Shown piece after piece: positions 21,274 to 33,549 of a stretch of 38,180 nucleotides of DNA (position 1 is the first letter of the stretch; each line of letters begins with the position of its first letter). Source of the stretch: Psammoneis japonica. Taxonomy: Eukaryota. A program made the translations under genes and the position numbers. The DNA is taken from contig QPGO01000368.1 in NCBI GenBank assembly GCA_008632985.1, positions 1-38,180 on the forward strand, given 5' to 3'. Below the pieces are notes generated by a model. It was given only the letters and a program-made list of their open reading frames with translations, was not told where the DNA came from and did not search any database.

Positions 21274-21682
21274 TTTAAAAAATAAGAAGTGAAGTTAGAA
21301 ACCAACCTTGCCAAAGCCAAAGAACGCTTCTTTGCAGTGGCGGCAGCTTGGAACACGAGCAAAAAATGAGCAGGTTTGCTCACCACGTTGCTCTCATGTA
21401 CAGTACAGTACCAGTACCGTACGGTAGATTCGTGACGTCCGCTTCAAGTTGCATCGTCACGACTCGTGGAAAACAGATCATTTCAGTCACGAATCGATTG
21501 TGACAAAGAGCGCGCACGACGATCTACGATAGGAAAACCAGAGCGGAATGAACATGATGAATGATGCATGATGCATGCCGCGTTGCATGTTGTATCTCGG
21601 ATCTCGGTATTACTGTATTTAGTCTGCGTCCTGCGTTGGAGATACTGTAGAGCAAGAGAGAGATTGATTGCATATTCCCATC

Positions 21683-23291
21683 ATGGCTGAGAAACAAAGC
21701 GGTGGTTGGAGGAGCTTTCTCGACAGTGTTGGCAAGTCGGTCGCCAGCAAAGCGGAGGAGGTTCGAATTGCAAAAGAAGCCAAGGCCGCTGGGCAGGTAT
21801 GGGACCCCGAGACGAAGCAGTGGTCTTTTTATTTCCTTGACCAGGAGTGGGAAGAATTGAAGGCGATGGACGAAGCAGCTTCGGATGCTGGTGCTGTTGT
21901 ATCAGAAGAGGAGGAACGCGAGGTGAAAGACCGCGAGTACTACGATCTTCTCAAGGTCTCGACCAACGCCAGTCAAGGCGACATCAAGAAGGCCTATTAC
22001 AAGGAAGCAAGAAAGGTACACCCCGACAAGAATCCCGACGACCCTGAAGCAGCGGCGAAATTCCAACAACTTGGGCATGCCTATCAGATACTTAGTAATG
22101 AACAGTCCCGTGCAGACTACGATAAGAACGGAAAGAAGGAAGGAAACGAGGGCGATGCCGCGCAAGATGTTGACCCTTTCGTCTTTTTCAATGTCATGTT
22201 TGGGTCTTCGTTGGTCGAGCCATACATTGGCGAGCTATGGATTGCCAATACAGCTGATAGCATGATGAAAGACGACGGGTTAGCTACAGCCGTGGAGGCG
22301 GAGAACATGACAGAGGAGGAAAAACAGGAGCTCATGGCGGCGAAAATCAAGGAAATGAAGCAAAAGGACGAAATCAAGCAACGCAAGAGGCAGGTCAAAT
22401 GCGCACAGAATTTGAGAAAAAGAATCGAGCCCTTTGTCGGCGTCCCTGCTGAAGAGAAGGAGAAGGCTACGCGAGAATTCGTCTTGGCGGCAAAGGAAGA
22501 AGCCTTGAAGATTACCGAGGGGGCATTTGGAGAAGTGTATGCCATAACGATTGGTACTGCTCTCCAACTCGGTGAGTGAAATACGACCAAGATGCCGGTT
22601 GCTTTGTCGTTGCGGCAATATTTCCGATTCTCTTATTCTATGCTTTACTCTTTTTTCAGACGCCGAAGAGTATCTCGGATTCCAAAAGACGTTCTTGGGG
22701 TTAGGTGGTCATTTCGCCAAGACACGAAAGAATGCCTCAGCTTTTAACAACAATATGAAACTGCTTGGTGCTGGCATCAAAGCTGCAGGCGCAGGAGCGA
22801 AAGCTATGCAACAAGCTGAAGACATGCAGCGGGGTATGGAAGAGGGCCAGGAGCTAGATCCAGAGAATGCTGCCGCCATGGAGGAAACTATGAATGAGTC
22901 GCTCCCAGCGTTCTTGGGTTTGGCTTGGGCGATCAACAAACGAGATATTCAACAAACCCTCAAGCAAGTGTGTAAGAAGCTCTTTGCGGATGCAGCCGTG
23001 CCCAAAGAAGCTCGTATTGAACGAGCGGAAGCTGTCCGCATCCTAGGTAGAGAGTTTACAACAATTGGAAGGATGGCTGAAAGTGCCAAATCCGAAGATG
23101 ACTTTCACCCAGAAGAGATTAAAACGCGCATGTCGGTTGCTGCGATGACGACAATGGCAAAAGCTCAAGGTCAGGAAGTGACCAAGGAAGACCAGGAGGA
23201 AATGATCAAGCAGGCAAAGCAGATGAGCGTTGATGCACAGGAAAAACCGCCCGACGAGCCGAAGACTGACCCTCAGACTAGAACAGTGTAA
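21683..23291 (+). CDS. DnaJ/Hsp40 with DnaJ-X domain (ATJ10/Djp1-like; intron 22572-22659)
   Basis: J domain YYDLL...IKKAYYKEARKVHPDKNP...FQQLGHAYQILS; FNVMFGSSLVEPYIGEL; DIQQTLKQVCKKL. The G|GTGAGT..TTTCAG intron restores the frame. Confidence 0.9.
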
Positions 23292-23347
23292 CTTCAATAC
23301 CTGTACGTATTAGACTACCTCGTACTTAACGCGTACCTGGTAGTATT

Positions 23348-24499
23348 CTAGTCTTTGCAAATTGCGTCCCCTCGCTCCTCACATTTGTCTCGCTTTACCC
23401 CACAATTCACGTGTTCTGATGAGCACTCCGGGGCCATAGCCTGGGCTACGCGACGAGCGACGGGAGAGAGAACGGTCGGATTCCGTTTCTCACCGACAGT
23501 CCAAAAAGACTCACAGGGCCATGCCGACAGGTCGTCCGTGGCTTTCAGCTCCTCCGCAATCACAGAATTCAGCACCGACTCCATACTCTCTGTGCCCGAT
23601 TCCCGGTCCACCTTGTTTAGCAGATCACTTGCATGATCAAGGATAGGCTCAACGGATCGCATTAATTCGTCTTCGTCCATATGCTTTCCTTCTTCTATAT
23701 CCTCCATCTCACCAGACTCCCTCTTTGAAAAACCTAGGAAGCCGCATAATCGCTCTTCAATTTCCCACGGGTCTTCAATGAGGCTCTCCATCGTAACAGT
23801 CAAGAGCGGGGTGTGTGCCGAAACATGGGACAAACGACAATGCCAGCGGACAACCTGTCGTGATACCTCCTTCATATCTTCCAAACCAGCATCATGCTTT
23901 TCACCCCCTTTAGACGACAATGCGAACTGCACCGTGTCGGCCGCAGCTAGACTCATTGGAAATGAAGCCACGCGAATGATCTTCTGAAATCCGTGGCTCT
24001 TTCCGTACCCATACGCTGGAACGTGACTCGAATTCAAAAGCACAATTTCAATATTGTGGTTCTGCTCTCCAGCGCTATGAAACTTTACAGCGGATCTGAC
24101 CCACGATGCGACGAAATCAGCGATCGACCCAGGAGGACTAAGTACGGCTACACGGTGGGTCGAGAGACCCACTGGTTCCTTACACTTGCTACCAGCTGTC
24201 GAGGGTTCACAACTTTTCAATGTCCGAAATAAATCATAAGTTTCGGTGTCATCTGGCCAGATATCAAATGGTGAAACTGGCAACAAATCGTTTGCATTGT
24301 CTTTTGAAACAACTGGACCCGGCATCCTTACTGCCGAGCGAGAAGCCCCATCAGATGCAGCTAGCATGGATCCAATCCAGAAAGACATTAATGCAATCCA
24401 AACAACAGCTGCGGCAACCGAAACAACTATTACGAGCGTTGGAGAGCCACCATGTTTCCGACGCCGTCGCAGACTGTAGCTCTTTTCACGGGACTTCAT
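23348..24499 (-). CDS. Hypothetical type II membrane protein (possibly sulfotransferase-like fold)
   Basis: 383 aa ORF with a basic N-terminus and a single TM helix. LTVTMESLIEDPWEIEERLCGFLG resembles the sulfotransferase v.yEdl..dP...l..FLG segment (weak). Confidence 0.6.
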   Translation of the reverse strand: MKSREKSYSLRRRRKHGGSPTLVIVVSVAAAVVWIALMSFWIGSMLAASDGASRSAVRMPGPVVSKDNANDLLPVSPFDIWPDDTETYDLFRTLKSCEPSTAGSKCKEPVGLSTHRVAVLSPPGSIADFVASWVRSAVKFHSAGEQNHNIEIVLLNSSHVPAYGYGKSHGFQKIIRVASFPMSLAAADTVQFALSSKGGEKHDAGLEDMKEVSRQVVRWHCRLSHVSAHTPLLTVTMESLIEDPWEIEERLCGFLGFSKRESGEMEDIEEGKHMDEDELMRSVEPILDHASDLLNKVDRESGTESMESVLNSVIAEELKATDDLSAWPCESFWTVGEKRNPTVLSPVARRVAQAMAPECSSEHVNCGVKRDKCEERGDAICKD

Positions 24500-24852
24500 A
24501 GCTGATGGGCTCAGCCCATGAGCGGCATCGTGAACTGTGAAACCCGAATTTTTCTTTTTTATCTATCTTTTCAGTGCAGTGACCGCCCGCCCGCCGACCG
24601 CATAGTACGACACGACCAGTTGGGAGCGAGGAAGCTTAAGTAGACCAACTGCTTCACTCTACTACTCGTCTTCTCTCTCTAGAGAGAGGGCCTTACACTA
24701 TCATGAGAGAGACTCTGTAAAGAGTGTAGCCTATTACCTATATTGCCTCGCTACATCAGACCAAGAAAGTCACCATAATATGCGCCCTCTCATTTTGATA
24801 GGAAAAGCTACGGAAAACATTTTGTCTCGCAGTCACCTTAGCTACTTCTAGT

Positions 24853-26091
24853 CTACTGGTACACAACCTGTTTGAGGGACTTTTCAAAAATTTCTAATCC
24901 CTCGTCCACTTCATTGTCGCTGACGTTTAGAGGAGGGATAAATCGAACGGTAGGATGAATGCTTGCAGGAAGCAGCAGCATTCCATTTTCGAAACAAGCT
25001 TGTGAAATGCTCTTGTTCGTGCCAGGCGGGGCATCCTTTTGAAGTTCCAATCCCACCATGCAGCCAGGACCACGCACATCACGAACAATGTCGTGCTCTT
25101 TTTGTAGAGCCTTCAAGCCACTCCAAAGCCTCATTCCCTGTTTCTTGGAGTTCTCCAGGAGTCCCTCTTCACGAATAACTTTTTGCGTGGCAATGGCAGC
25201 AGCACACGAAATAGCGTTGCCAGCATAAGTCCCTCCCATTGTGCCGGGAGCTTGCATGTCCGTCAACTCAGACCGTGCTGCGACGGCGCTCAGCGGAAAA
25301 CCAGAAGCTAATCCTTTTGCCATCACCAAAATATCTGGCGGACACTCCGGATGAAGATTTGACGCAAACAGCTCTCCAGTCCTTCCGAAACCTGTTTGAA
25401 CTTCATCCATAATAAGTTGAATGCCGTGTTTATCACAAATCTCACGAAGGCCCTTTAGAAACGGAGCAGGCGCTGGAACATAGCCGCCCTCGCCAAGTAC
25501 TGGCTCAATAATCACAGCGGCAACTTCCTCTGGTAAGGTCTGCGTCTTCAAGATCGTTTGTAGGTCGTCAAGGCAATTCTCTACCGTTTTGGAATGAAGC
25601 TCATAGGGAAAAGGCGCAACAAAGACGTTCGATGAAGTTGTCATCTTCTGTCTGTAAATTGTTGAGGACGTAGTTAGCGCCATTGTCAAAGATGTTCTTC
25701 CGTGATACCCGCCTTGAAAGACAATTACATTGGGGCGACCAGTGGCATACTTTGCTAGCTTGATAGAATTCTCTACTGCTTCGGCTCCCGTGGTTGAGTA
25801 AAATATTCTATCAAGCTGCGGATGAGGCATGACGCCGGGACGCATCAATTCTTCCGTGAGTTCAATCATTGGGGCGTGGTATCCGAGGTTGACTTGTCCA
25901 TGAACGAGATTGTCACATTGTTCCTTGGCAGCAGCAACTACTTTCGGGTGGTTGTTTCCCGTATTCGTGACTCCAATACCAGACACAAAATCTAAGAGAG
26001 TGCGGCCACATTGGGTGCTGACATAGGTTCCCGATGCTCTCTCCATCACAACCTCCGAGAGACGTCCAACTCCTCTGAACATGTGATTCAT
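24853..26091 (-). CDS. Class III PLP aminotransferase, 4-aminobutyrate aminotransferase (GabT)-like
   Basis: LDFVSGIGVTNTG, TGAEAVENSIK, YHGRT, EPVLGEGG, DEVQTGFGRTG, MAKGLASG, GGTYAGN and RFIPPL motifs. Confidence 0.9.
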   Translation of the reverse strand: MNHMFRGVGRLSEVVMERASGTYVSTQCGRTLLDFVSGIGVTNTGNNHPKVVAAAKEQCDNLVHGQVNLGYHAPMIELTEELMRPGVMPHPQLDRIFYSTTGAEAVENSIKLAKYATGRPNVIVFQGGYHGRTSLTMALTTSSTIYRQKMTTSSNVFVAPFPYELHSKTVENCLDDLQTILKTQTLPEEVAAVIIEPVLGEGGYVPAPAPFLKGLREICDKHGIQLIMDEVQTGFGRTGELFASNLHPECPPDILVMAKGLASGFPLSAVAARSELTDMQAPGTMGGTYAGNAISCAAAIATQKVIREEGLLENSKKQGMRLWSGLKALQKEHDIVRDVRGPGCMVGLELQKDAPPGTNKSISQACFENGMLLLPASIHPTVRFIPPLNVSDNEVDEGLEIFEKSLKQVVYQ

Positions 26092-28141
26092 TTTTGAAAC
26101 TCAGGCAATTTATCGCTTCCTTCTTGGCCTGAAGCTTAATCAAGAATGTTTCGGAGGCCTTGCCGAAAAGTAAGAAGGGGAAAGAGCAAGAGGAATGTCT
26201 ATCGTGTCAAATCTTGTGTGTCGAAGATCGGAGACGAACGAACACAACGCTGAAGTTTCGGTTTTCGAGGTGGACGACGCAACCGACCGTGCGCGCTCAA
26301 TCGTGCGTAATTGAGTCGTGAATCACGACCACCAGTCGCCAGTCGCCCGGTGGGCTCGAGTGAGTTTGTGATACGATCGTTCCTTGGCCTTTCTATCTAT
26401 TCTATCGATTCCCGAGGCGCAAGCATATTTAATTTCTTCCTTCTGACCATCTCATCAGGACGAGGAAGCCTATAAAAAGCTTAATGTGAAGGAACCTGGC
26501 TCCATGTTCTTTTCATCATGTCTTTCATTGGAAAGGTCTCAGCTCGGGGCAATTTCAAGAGCTACGGAGATTCAACATTTTCGCGCTCATTACATAGGAC
26601 TTTCAAACTTCTCACTCATGTAATCCGAAAGAGCATTGCAGGCAAGTGCTTCAAACAGAGACACAACAAATCTGCATCAAGGCTAGCACAAACCGAAAGA
26701 AGAAACAGTGAGAATGGACACCACAACACATTGAACAGCCGCCAACAATAAACTACGGCGGCATTCGACAAAGCAAGATCTCAGATATCATCCCCATGGT
26801 ACACTGTGCTGCCTGATGTTGTAAGACCGTTCCATGCAAGTCGAGCCCGCAGCTCTAAGGGACGTCCACCAGCAAAACACGACTCGCCGTTCTCAGGGTG
26901 CGTCAACAGGCGAATGAGCTACAGAAATCGTTTCCCATTCTCATGCTGACATTTGCCCGCGATTCGACAAATCAAGATACCAGAGCATATCCCTAATTTA
27001 CATTGTTGCATGCCTTTCCCAACAGGCTTCAACATACTTGCAAGGATGTCACAGCAAGCTCGGCACTGGTCATACCAGAAGCAAGCCACACGAATCGAGG
27101 GAAAACGTCACCGAGGCTCCATTAACCAATGGAAGGGGATATGCATGCCCTCCTTCACTCTTGAAAGAGCACAAGAAAGCAAAGCACAAGATGGAAAAAG
27201 GCTGCCAAGCTAGACATGCATCGGCGTGAGCCGCAGAAACAAGAGACTTGAACGCCTCCCACGTGGTAGATCTTGGGCCGCAATCACAGAGGAGAAGGAA
27301 TCTCTCCAACGTGGCTTCCCGCAATACCGACAGCACATGCCTCGATCTAAATCCTCATGATGTTGCGCATTTCTCCCACTGAAAAGTGATCACAATACGC
27401 AGCACCATGGGAACGAGTCGTTTCTGCTGAAAAGGCTCCAACCAAAACATTTCCAACTAACAAGACCTTCTTCAAGGTGGGTATAACACGGTTAGGGTTG
27501 GGGCTTCCCGCTTGAACAGCCAGATTGCGCCCAAAGGCCATATCCGAGCCATTAAGACAGGCACTCGAGGGTGACTTGACCGGCTTTCCCAGCTACGTGT
27601 GACTCTGTCTCGTGGTGTACCGATCATATCAATCATCATTGATCTCGAATGGCCGTCAAAAAAACTTTCGCATCTGAATAGTCCAACAGCGACAAATCAT
27701 TGTTGACGTTGACATACCTGACTTTCGGATCGTCATCTCCGGTGCAAGCCTTTACCGGTGACTAGTTCGATCTCTGCCAGCGTATGGAGCTGGCTGATGA
27801 TGATTCTGCTGCATCGTGCATCGCCGTCACACTTTGCATTTTTGCTTCCGCTAAGTTCTAGCAAAGTCGTCTTGAAGATTCAATCTGACATCGAATTTCG
27901 CTTTAGACGTGGCTATTGACGTCTATCATGTCGCACGTGCAGAAAGGGTAGCAACGGTAATACAAGTGAAAGTGAAGGGCGAGGCCATGGTATGTAGCGA
28001 GTTTGCGAGCGGATTCTCCAACTTTCCAAAATTTGTCTGAAAATGGCAGAAATTGACCGAATTCAGGCGGAATTGGAATGATCGATTTTATTTTACGTAT
28101 TGCCCATTTTGTTAGATTCGGAACTGCTGTCATAGTACAAA

Positions 28142-29364
28142 ATGACGATGGCAACGATGTCTCGAAGCGATTGCGGCGTCGGCGTCATGATGCTTTTCTG
28201 TTTTGTGCTGTTGCTGTCAGTGGGTGTCAAGGCAGTGCTGAGGGAAGAGGATCGTTTAGCAGAGTACTACAAGCGAGGCTATACGTGGCCACCAAAAGAA
28301 TTCGTACCCAACACACCGGGATGGGCAAAGCTGATGCAGCGAAGGCTTGCGCAGGTCCAAGAAATTAAAGACAGAGGAAACCGCTATGACGGCTGGGTAG
28401 AGACAGTGACGGCTGCCTACACTCTTCACAATTTTACCGAGAATGGATGGGCACTGACGCGACCCTCGCAGGAGCTGGTGGACACCTTGCGAAAAGCCAT
28501 ACGAGATGGGGTCGCCACGGCAGGATACGAAGCCGACCTCGAAGCCATTGATGGACCACCAGCTCGCTTTATTTCTCGGAACGACTTAACAAATCGGGTG
28601 CTGAAAGAGCTCCTTCCTATTCACGAGGCCTGGGCCCACCAGAAGCTGGTTCCGTATCTCGCATACGGATTTCGATTGTACCAGAACAACTCCAGATTGC
28701 TCATGCATGTTGACAAGACTTCAACACACATTATTTCATGCATTCTCCATATCGATTCGAGCGATGATGCAGAACCGTGGGTAAGTGACGAACCAGTCAT
28801 TTTTCCACAAACGTATTTACCCCCTCTCACGTTCTCGTTTGCTTGATCTTGTTCTCTACGAGCACAGCCAATCGTCATTGAGGACCTGCAAGGGAACACC
28901 AATGAAGTAATTTTGAAATCAGGCGACATGCTGCTGTACGAATCTGCAAAGTGCTTTCATGGACGACCGCACAGGTTCAAAGGCAGTTGGTATTCTTCCG
29001 TATTCGTACACTATTATCCAGTCGGGTGGTTGGTGAGTAGCACTTGCTTGCATATCTGTCTCTTCTGGAGAAGCTCTTTAGTCATGTCGAAAACTTGTCT
29101 CGCTCATCTTGCCCGTAGGATCATGACCATGACCGCGAGGGTCACTACGGCGTTCCTCCCATTTGGGCACAAGATCCGACAGAGGAACCCAAGTACCCGC
29201 CGCTCGAGGTTCGTGGCACGACCATGTATGAACCAACGTGTGAGCCTGATTATTGGTGTGCATTGGAAAACGCTGTAAAGTGGACCGGACCCGGCGAGAA
29301 AGACTACATTATCACCACAAATGGAAAGTTCCCTCTTTATGAAAGTGAAGCTCCGGAACTGTAG
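28142..29364 (+). CDS. Secretory-pathway 2OG-Fe(II) dioxygenase-like protein (exons 28142-28780, 28868-29032, 29119-29364)
   Basis: Signal peptide; YGFRLY...MHVD (HxD)...CFHGRP (distal His)...FVHY. Two GT..AG introns keep the frame. The C-terminus is APEL-stop. Confidence 0.72.
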
Positions 29365-29759
29365 GACAGGACTATGTTTACTCAAACATGTGGGCTTTGA
29401 GATAGTTTAGTTCCTAGATAGTAAATACCAACCAAGTCTCAGAGAGAAAAAGAAACTAGGTCGTGTTCCACAGTGATGGTATCTTTCTCTCTCGAGGGAG
29501 AAAAGGACGAGTTGTTGAATGAATCCGTCTGTGTCTCCCCCCTGCCCTGACCCCAAACGGACCGGAGACAGACGGGTAAGACGAAGTCGAGGTTTATTGG
29601 GGCTGACAAAATGGACCAAATTCGCAAGCGGTCTTTTGAAAAATAGAATGAATGCAATGACTTTCGCATGGTTCGGGGTTTCATAAAAATTACTTTGTTT
29701 ACTAACATGCAATATATTCCGAATTTTATATTGCCTTAGTCATTTTTTGGTTGGGATGC

Positions 29760-31470
29760 CATTGACAGTTGCTTTTGTCTTGTTTTGCACCCTCAATCAT
29801 GCACTGTGTGTGACACAGCCCTTTTTTCCGTTGAGATGATGGATGCGGTGATTTTGGGCTTTTTGCGCACTCGCTCGCTTTCAAACCAGCGCAAACAACT
29901 CACTCAACACCCTTGTTTCTACGCCTGACAAGGACAATCACATGATGCAAGCCCAGATTGTTGATGAATTGTCAAAATTAAAAGTCATTGTCTGATGATT
30001 GCAACCTTCAGTTGTGAATGCCTTGCACAGTCATTTGCAGCACCAGAGGAGCCTGGCAGCTCTCTTCTTGGAGCCCTCTCTTGTGCTTCTGAAGTGACCA
30101 AGGAACTCACTTGATGCCAATGGCATGCCCTTCATTTTCCTGCCATTGAACTTCCAACTTCTTCCTGAGACAAAGTCCCTTTCTTGTTGTCACTCCAGAC
30201 AGAACCACACAAACCCAGCTGTCTGTGTGGTCAAAGTTGTTGTTGGACAACAACCAGGCTCTCAATTTTGCACCCCCTGGAGCTTGTGCACAGTTGCTGC
30301 GTTGTTGCACAAAACTGGGAACTGGGTCAATTGCTTCCTCTGACTGATTCTTGGTTTTTTTTGTGAATGAAACCCATCACAGGGACAGGAAAGTTGACAA
30401 CACAGCATGTCTCTCTCCTTGGGGCCACACAAGAAAACAGCTCTCATCCTCCTGCCTTTTCCTCATGCCTCAAGACAATCGACTCAACTTGCAAAACACA
30501 GGCTGACCTCACCCAATGACCATCAATCTTCATCAACTCCAAATCATCCAAAGAAACACATTCCTTCAGCTCAACTCCCTGAAAAAAGCCAGCAGTGCCA
30601 CTGGCCTCCTTTTTCTCCACATGTTCTCATCGAGGTTCATTGTCACAGGGCGGCCATGCAAAGCTTCAGAAGTGAGCCCACATGCCTTGATTCATTTCCG
30701 GCTCATTTGACGTGAGCATCTGGACAAACTGCAAACAAAATGTCCTTGGACAGTTCATCTTGAAAATCCACATGCTTGCATGACCTGGTGTTCCATTTTT
30801 TCCACTTGAGGTTCTTGCTTGCTCAGAGGACAATGGCGTGGGTTGGAGGTGACTGTGCAAGAGATTTTGAGCATGTTCCCTCTAGCACCTTCTTGAAAAT
30901 GCCGTTGTTGACTGCATTCCTGTCAAGACCAGTGGCAACAGCGCAGGTTGCATTGCTTGGGATGTCACTTTCCATGAGGAAAAGATTGCTGGCAGATCAA
31001 GGTTTTCAACTTTCAGATGTTTCCACAAAAGTCAGTCAGTGCAAAAATGATGAAAATCCAGAGGAGAATGGCTGGCGCCTGTCAGGACTCATCTGATCAC
31101 AATGAACAATGAAAACACCACCAAATCATGTCTTCAGCTTTGTCAGTTCATCAAGAGTTGGGCAACAAAGCACAAAGAAGAGATGACAAAAGTGCAAGAC
31201 AGAGCGTGTTGCTGATGGTGCATTGTGCAACATTGTGCACTCTCCACCTGCTGCACCCAACCATTGTGGGTCACTGTCAAGTTGATTGGAGAGGTGTGTG
31301 ATGAAGATGACACTGATGAAACATTTCATGAAACTTGCGCAGATGTCGAGAAGCCATGATTTGCTGGTGGCTGGCGAGTGTCTCCAAATGAAACAAAAGA
31401 GCACCGCGGACATCCTTCTCATTGCTTGACATTTTGACAATTGCAATGTCATTGTGTTGTTTGAAGCATC
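29760..31470 (-). mobile_element. Decayed Helitron-like element with PIF1 helicase remnants (30107-30990)
   Basis: Frameshifted minus-strand fragments in the correct order: DIPSNATCAVATGLDRNAVNNGIF, LLKLC/HGRPV...EASGT, QFPVLCNNAATVHKLQG (motif V) and WVCVVLSGVTTRKGLCLRKKL (motif VI, YVxLSRV). The block is TpA-depleted. Confidence 0.8.
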
Positions 31471-31681
31471 TGATGTTTCATCTTAAATGTTTGTAAATAA
31501 AGACAACGAGACACAGCCGTTCAGCGAAGCGTCCAATCTGGACTTCAGATTGTGACCCGCAAAAAGAAATGACCGACGAACCATGCAGGATCATCGCATC
31601 GATCGACGTACTGACCGTGCGTCTTTCCGTCATCATTATTCTGTCTGTCCGTGCCCTGTGTGTTATTTGCCTCCGACATTT

Positions 31682-31689
31682 TTTGGCGC
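31682..31689 (+). promoter_or_regulatory. E2F consensus site (TTTGGCGC), adjacent to ACGCGT
   Basis: Exact TTTSSCGC match about 140 bp upstream of the Cdt1-like ATG. Confidence 0.45.
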
Positions 31690-31825
31690 GACGCGTTATC
31701 TCGCTTCTCGCTTTCCTCCCGTCACCTCGCAATAGCCAACAGACAACATTTCATCCATTGCACCCTCCAGCCTCTTTTTCGATTGTGCCATACAGTTATA
31801 TTCGCATTGAATCTCTCGATTAAGA

Positions 31826-33476
31826 ATGTCCTCTCGTTCCAAAATCTCGAGAAACAAACGACAGCGCGTCGGTAGAGATGCTCGCGCTGCGGATGCCGAA
31901 TCGATTCCAATTCCGTCCTTCACGTCCACGGTTTCTTCGTCCTCTCCTTCTTCGCATGGATCCAATGACCTGGTCGAAGTTCGAACGAGCATATCACAAC
32001 TCGTCAAAGCAGAAGGAGCCTTGCAAGTGCACCTTATGACACAGCGTCGTATGAAGCGAATCGCCTCGTTGAACCACGTGCCGCTGCAAGATTTTTACGT
32101 GATGGCCAGAAAGCTCAAGCTCGCAGAAACAGCGCAAGAGGGAAGGCCAAAGACTCAAAATACGGACACTTTTTCCAAGGAAGAGCGTCTCTTGTGCGAT
32201 ATGGTGTGTATTGGAACGCCGTCGTTGTATCGTTTGTTTCAACAAGATGAGAGCGATGCTTTATCGAAAAAGTCGAAGTCAAGTTGGTGCTTGGAGCTTG
32301 TGCCCTTTGATGGAAAACGTATGGAGGAACTCAAGCGTCTAGCAAGTCGACCCCAGGTCCATGAAGATGAAAAAGGGTTCATTGCCAACGCAATAGAATC
32401 CCACCGAGAAGCGTCGCAGCCAAAACCTCACGAGCCGTCCAATCAGAAGTCTTCCGCCCGCACTGCGAAACTAGGAGACGAGCCCACCATTCTACCGGGA
32501 ATGACGTTGGAAGAGCGCGTACAAGCTCGTGCAGATGTAAGGCTCACTCGTCAGAAACAGCAGCAGCAAGTCAATCAAGAAGGCGCCGTGGACAAGACGG
32601 TACTTCTCGCAATGGCGGATGCCATTTGGTCTCATACGAGACATCTTCTGAATCGTCAAGATCAGCTTGGTTCTTCCACACGAAGCATCTTTCAGTCAGA
32701 TCAGAAAGCCTCCAAGCACCGGTCCCATCAAGAACGCAGCTGCATCATGACGCTCGAAGACGTTATGAAAGCCTTTTCTCGAACTCAGAGCAAAGACTCC
32801 AAGACGAAAAAGAAGCAAATGATCAAAGCTTTACAAGAATTGGAACGTGTGGTGCCGGGTTGGATTCAAATTCAAGATGATCAACAGGAACAGTCCGGCC
32901 GTTTGAGCATGCATGCCACAGTATGGATCAAGCCTCAAGAGTATCAGGCTATCCGATTTCAGATCTCTGGCACGGACGGATCGAACGTACCAACCCGTAA
33001 GCCGCCCATTGCACTCGGTCACTCGCCCAAGTCTGCCTCTGTCCATCGCAGGGCTACCACTCTCGCCGACGGTCCTCGTCTGGAAGAAATCCCTGTACCA
33101 CGCGGAGTGGCCAGAGTGTCGCTCTCTCCATCCATAGACGCGAAACGGCGATTCAAGGCTGAAAAAGCCCCTGAAGTGTTTCCACGAGCTCACAAGAGAT
33201 CCCGAACATTGGTTTCAACAGCACTCTCGTCTGAAATGCATGCCGAAGGAACTAGCAGTCGTGCTGGTCCTCATGTAAGTGGTACCAAGCGTCCAGCTGC
33301 GGGTGAGATTCTTCGCGGTATGCACTCCCAGAAAGCGTCGTGGCCTTCGCATCAACCGAAATCTCATTCTTTCGGACGCCGATCATGATGGAGTCGAATG
33401 CATTCAGCCAATCGGCAATAGTCCTCGTGGGCTCAAGATGCTCTTTTCAAGATTGAAGGAAGGACATCGAATTTAG
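31826..33476 (+). CDS. Cdt1-like replication licensing factor (C-terminal winged-helix similarity); 3' end frame-disrupted
   Basis: 520 aa ORF with TLEERVQAR (cf. Cdt1 LxERIRxKE) and ALQELERVVPGWIQI (cf. Cdt1_C LxxLxxxxPxW). An overlapping frame 33279-33476 gives a more protein-like tail (LRINRNLILSDAD...PRGLKMLF). Confidence 0.55.
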
Positions 33477-33549
33477 TGTTATGGCTAGCAAGACATTAGT
33501 TAGCTTTTAGCTACTACAATTAGTCAGTGCCAGTACTTGTACTCGTAGT

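Noticed and set aside
29455..29503. Helitron 3' terminus (minus-strand CTAG-T at 29459-29455 with a near-palindrome at 29484-29503)
   Set aside because: Spacing of ~24 nt is longer than typical and the palindrome is low-complexity; cannot be supported without other copies.
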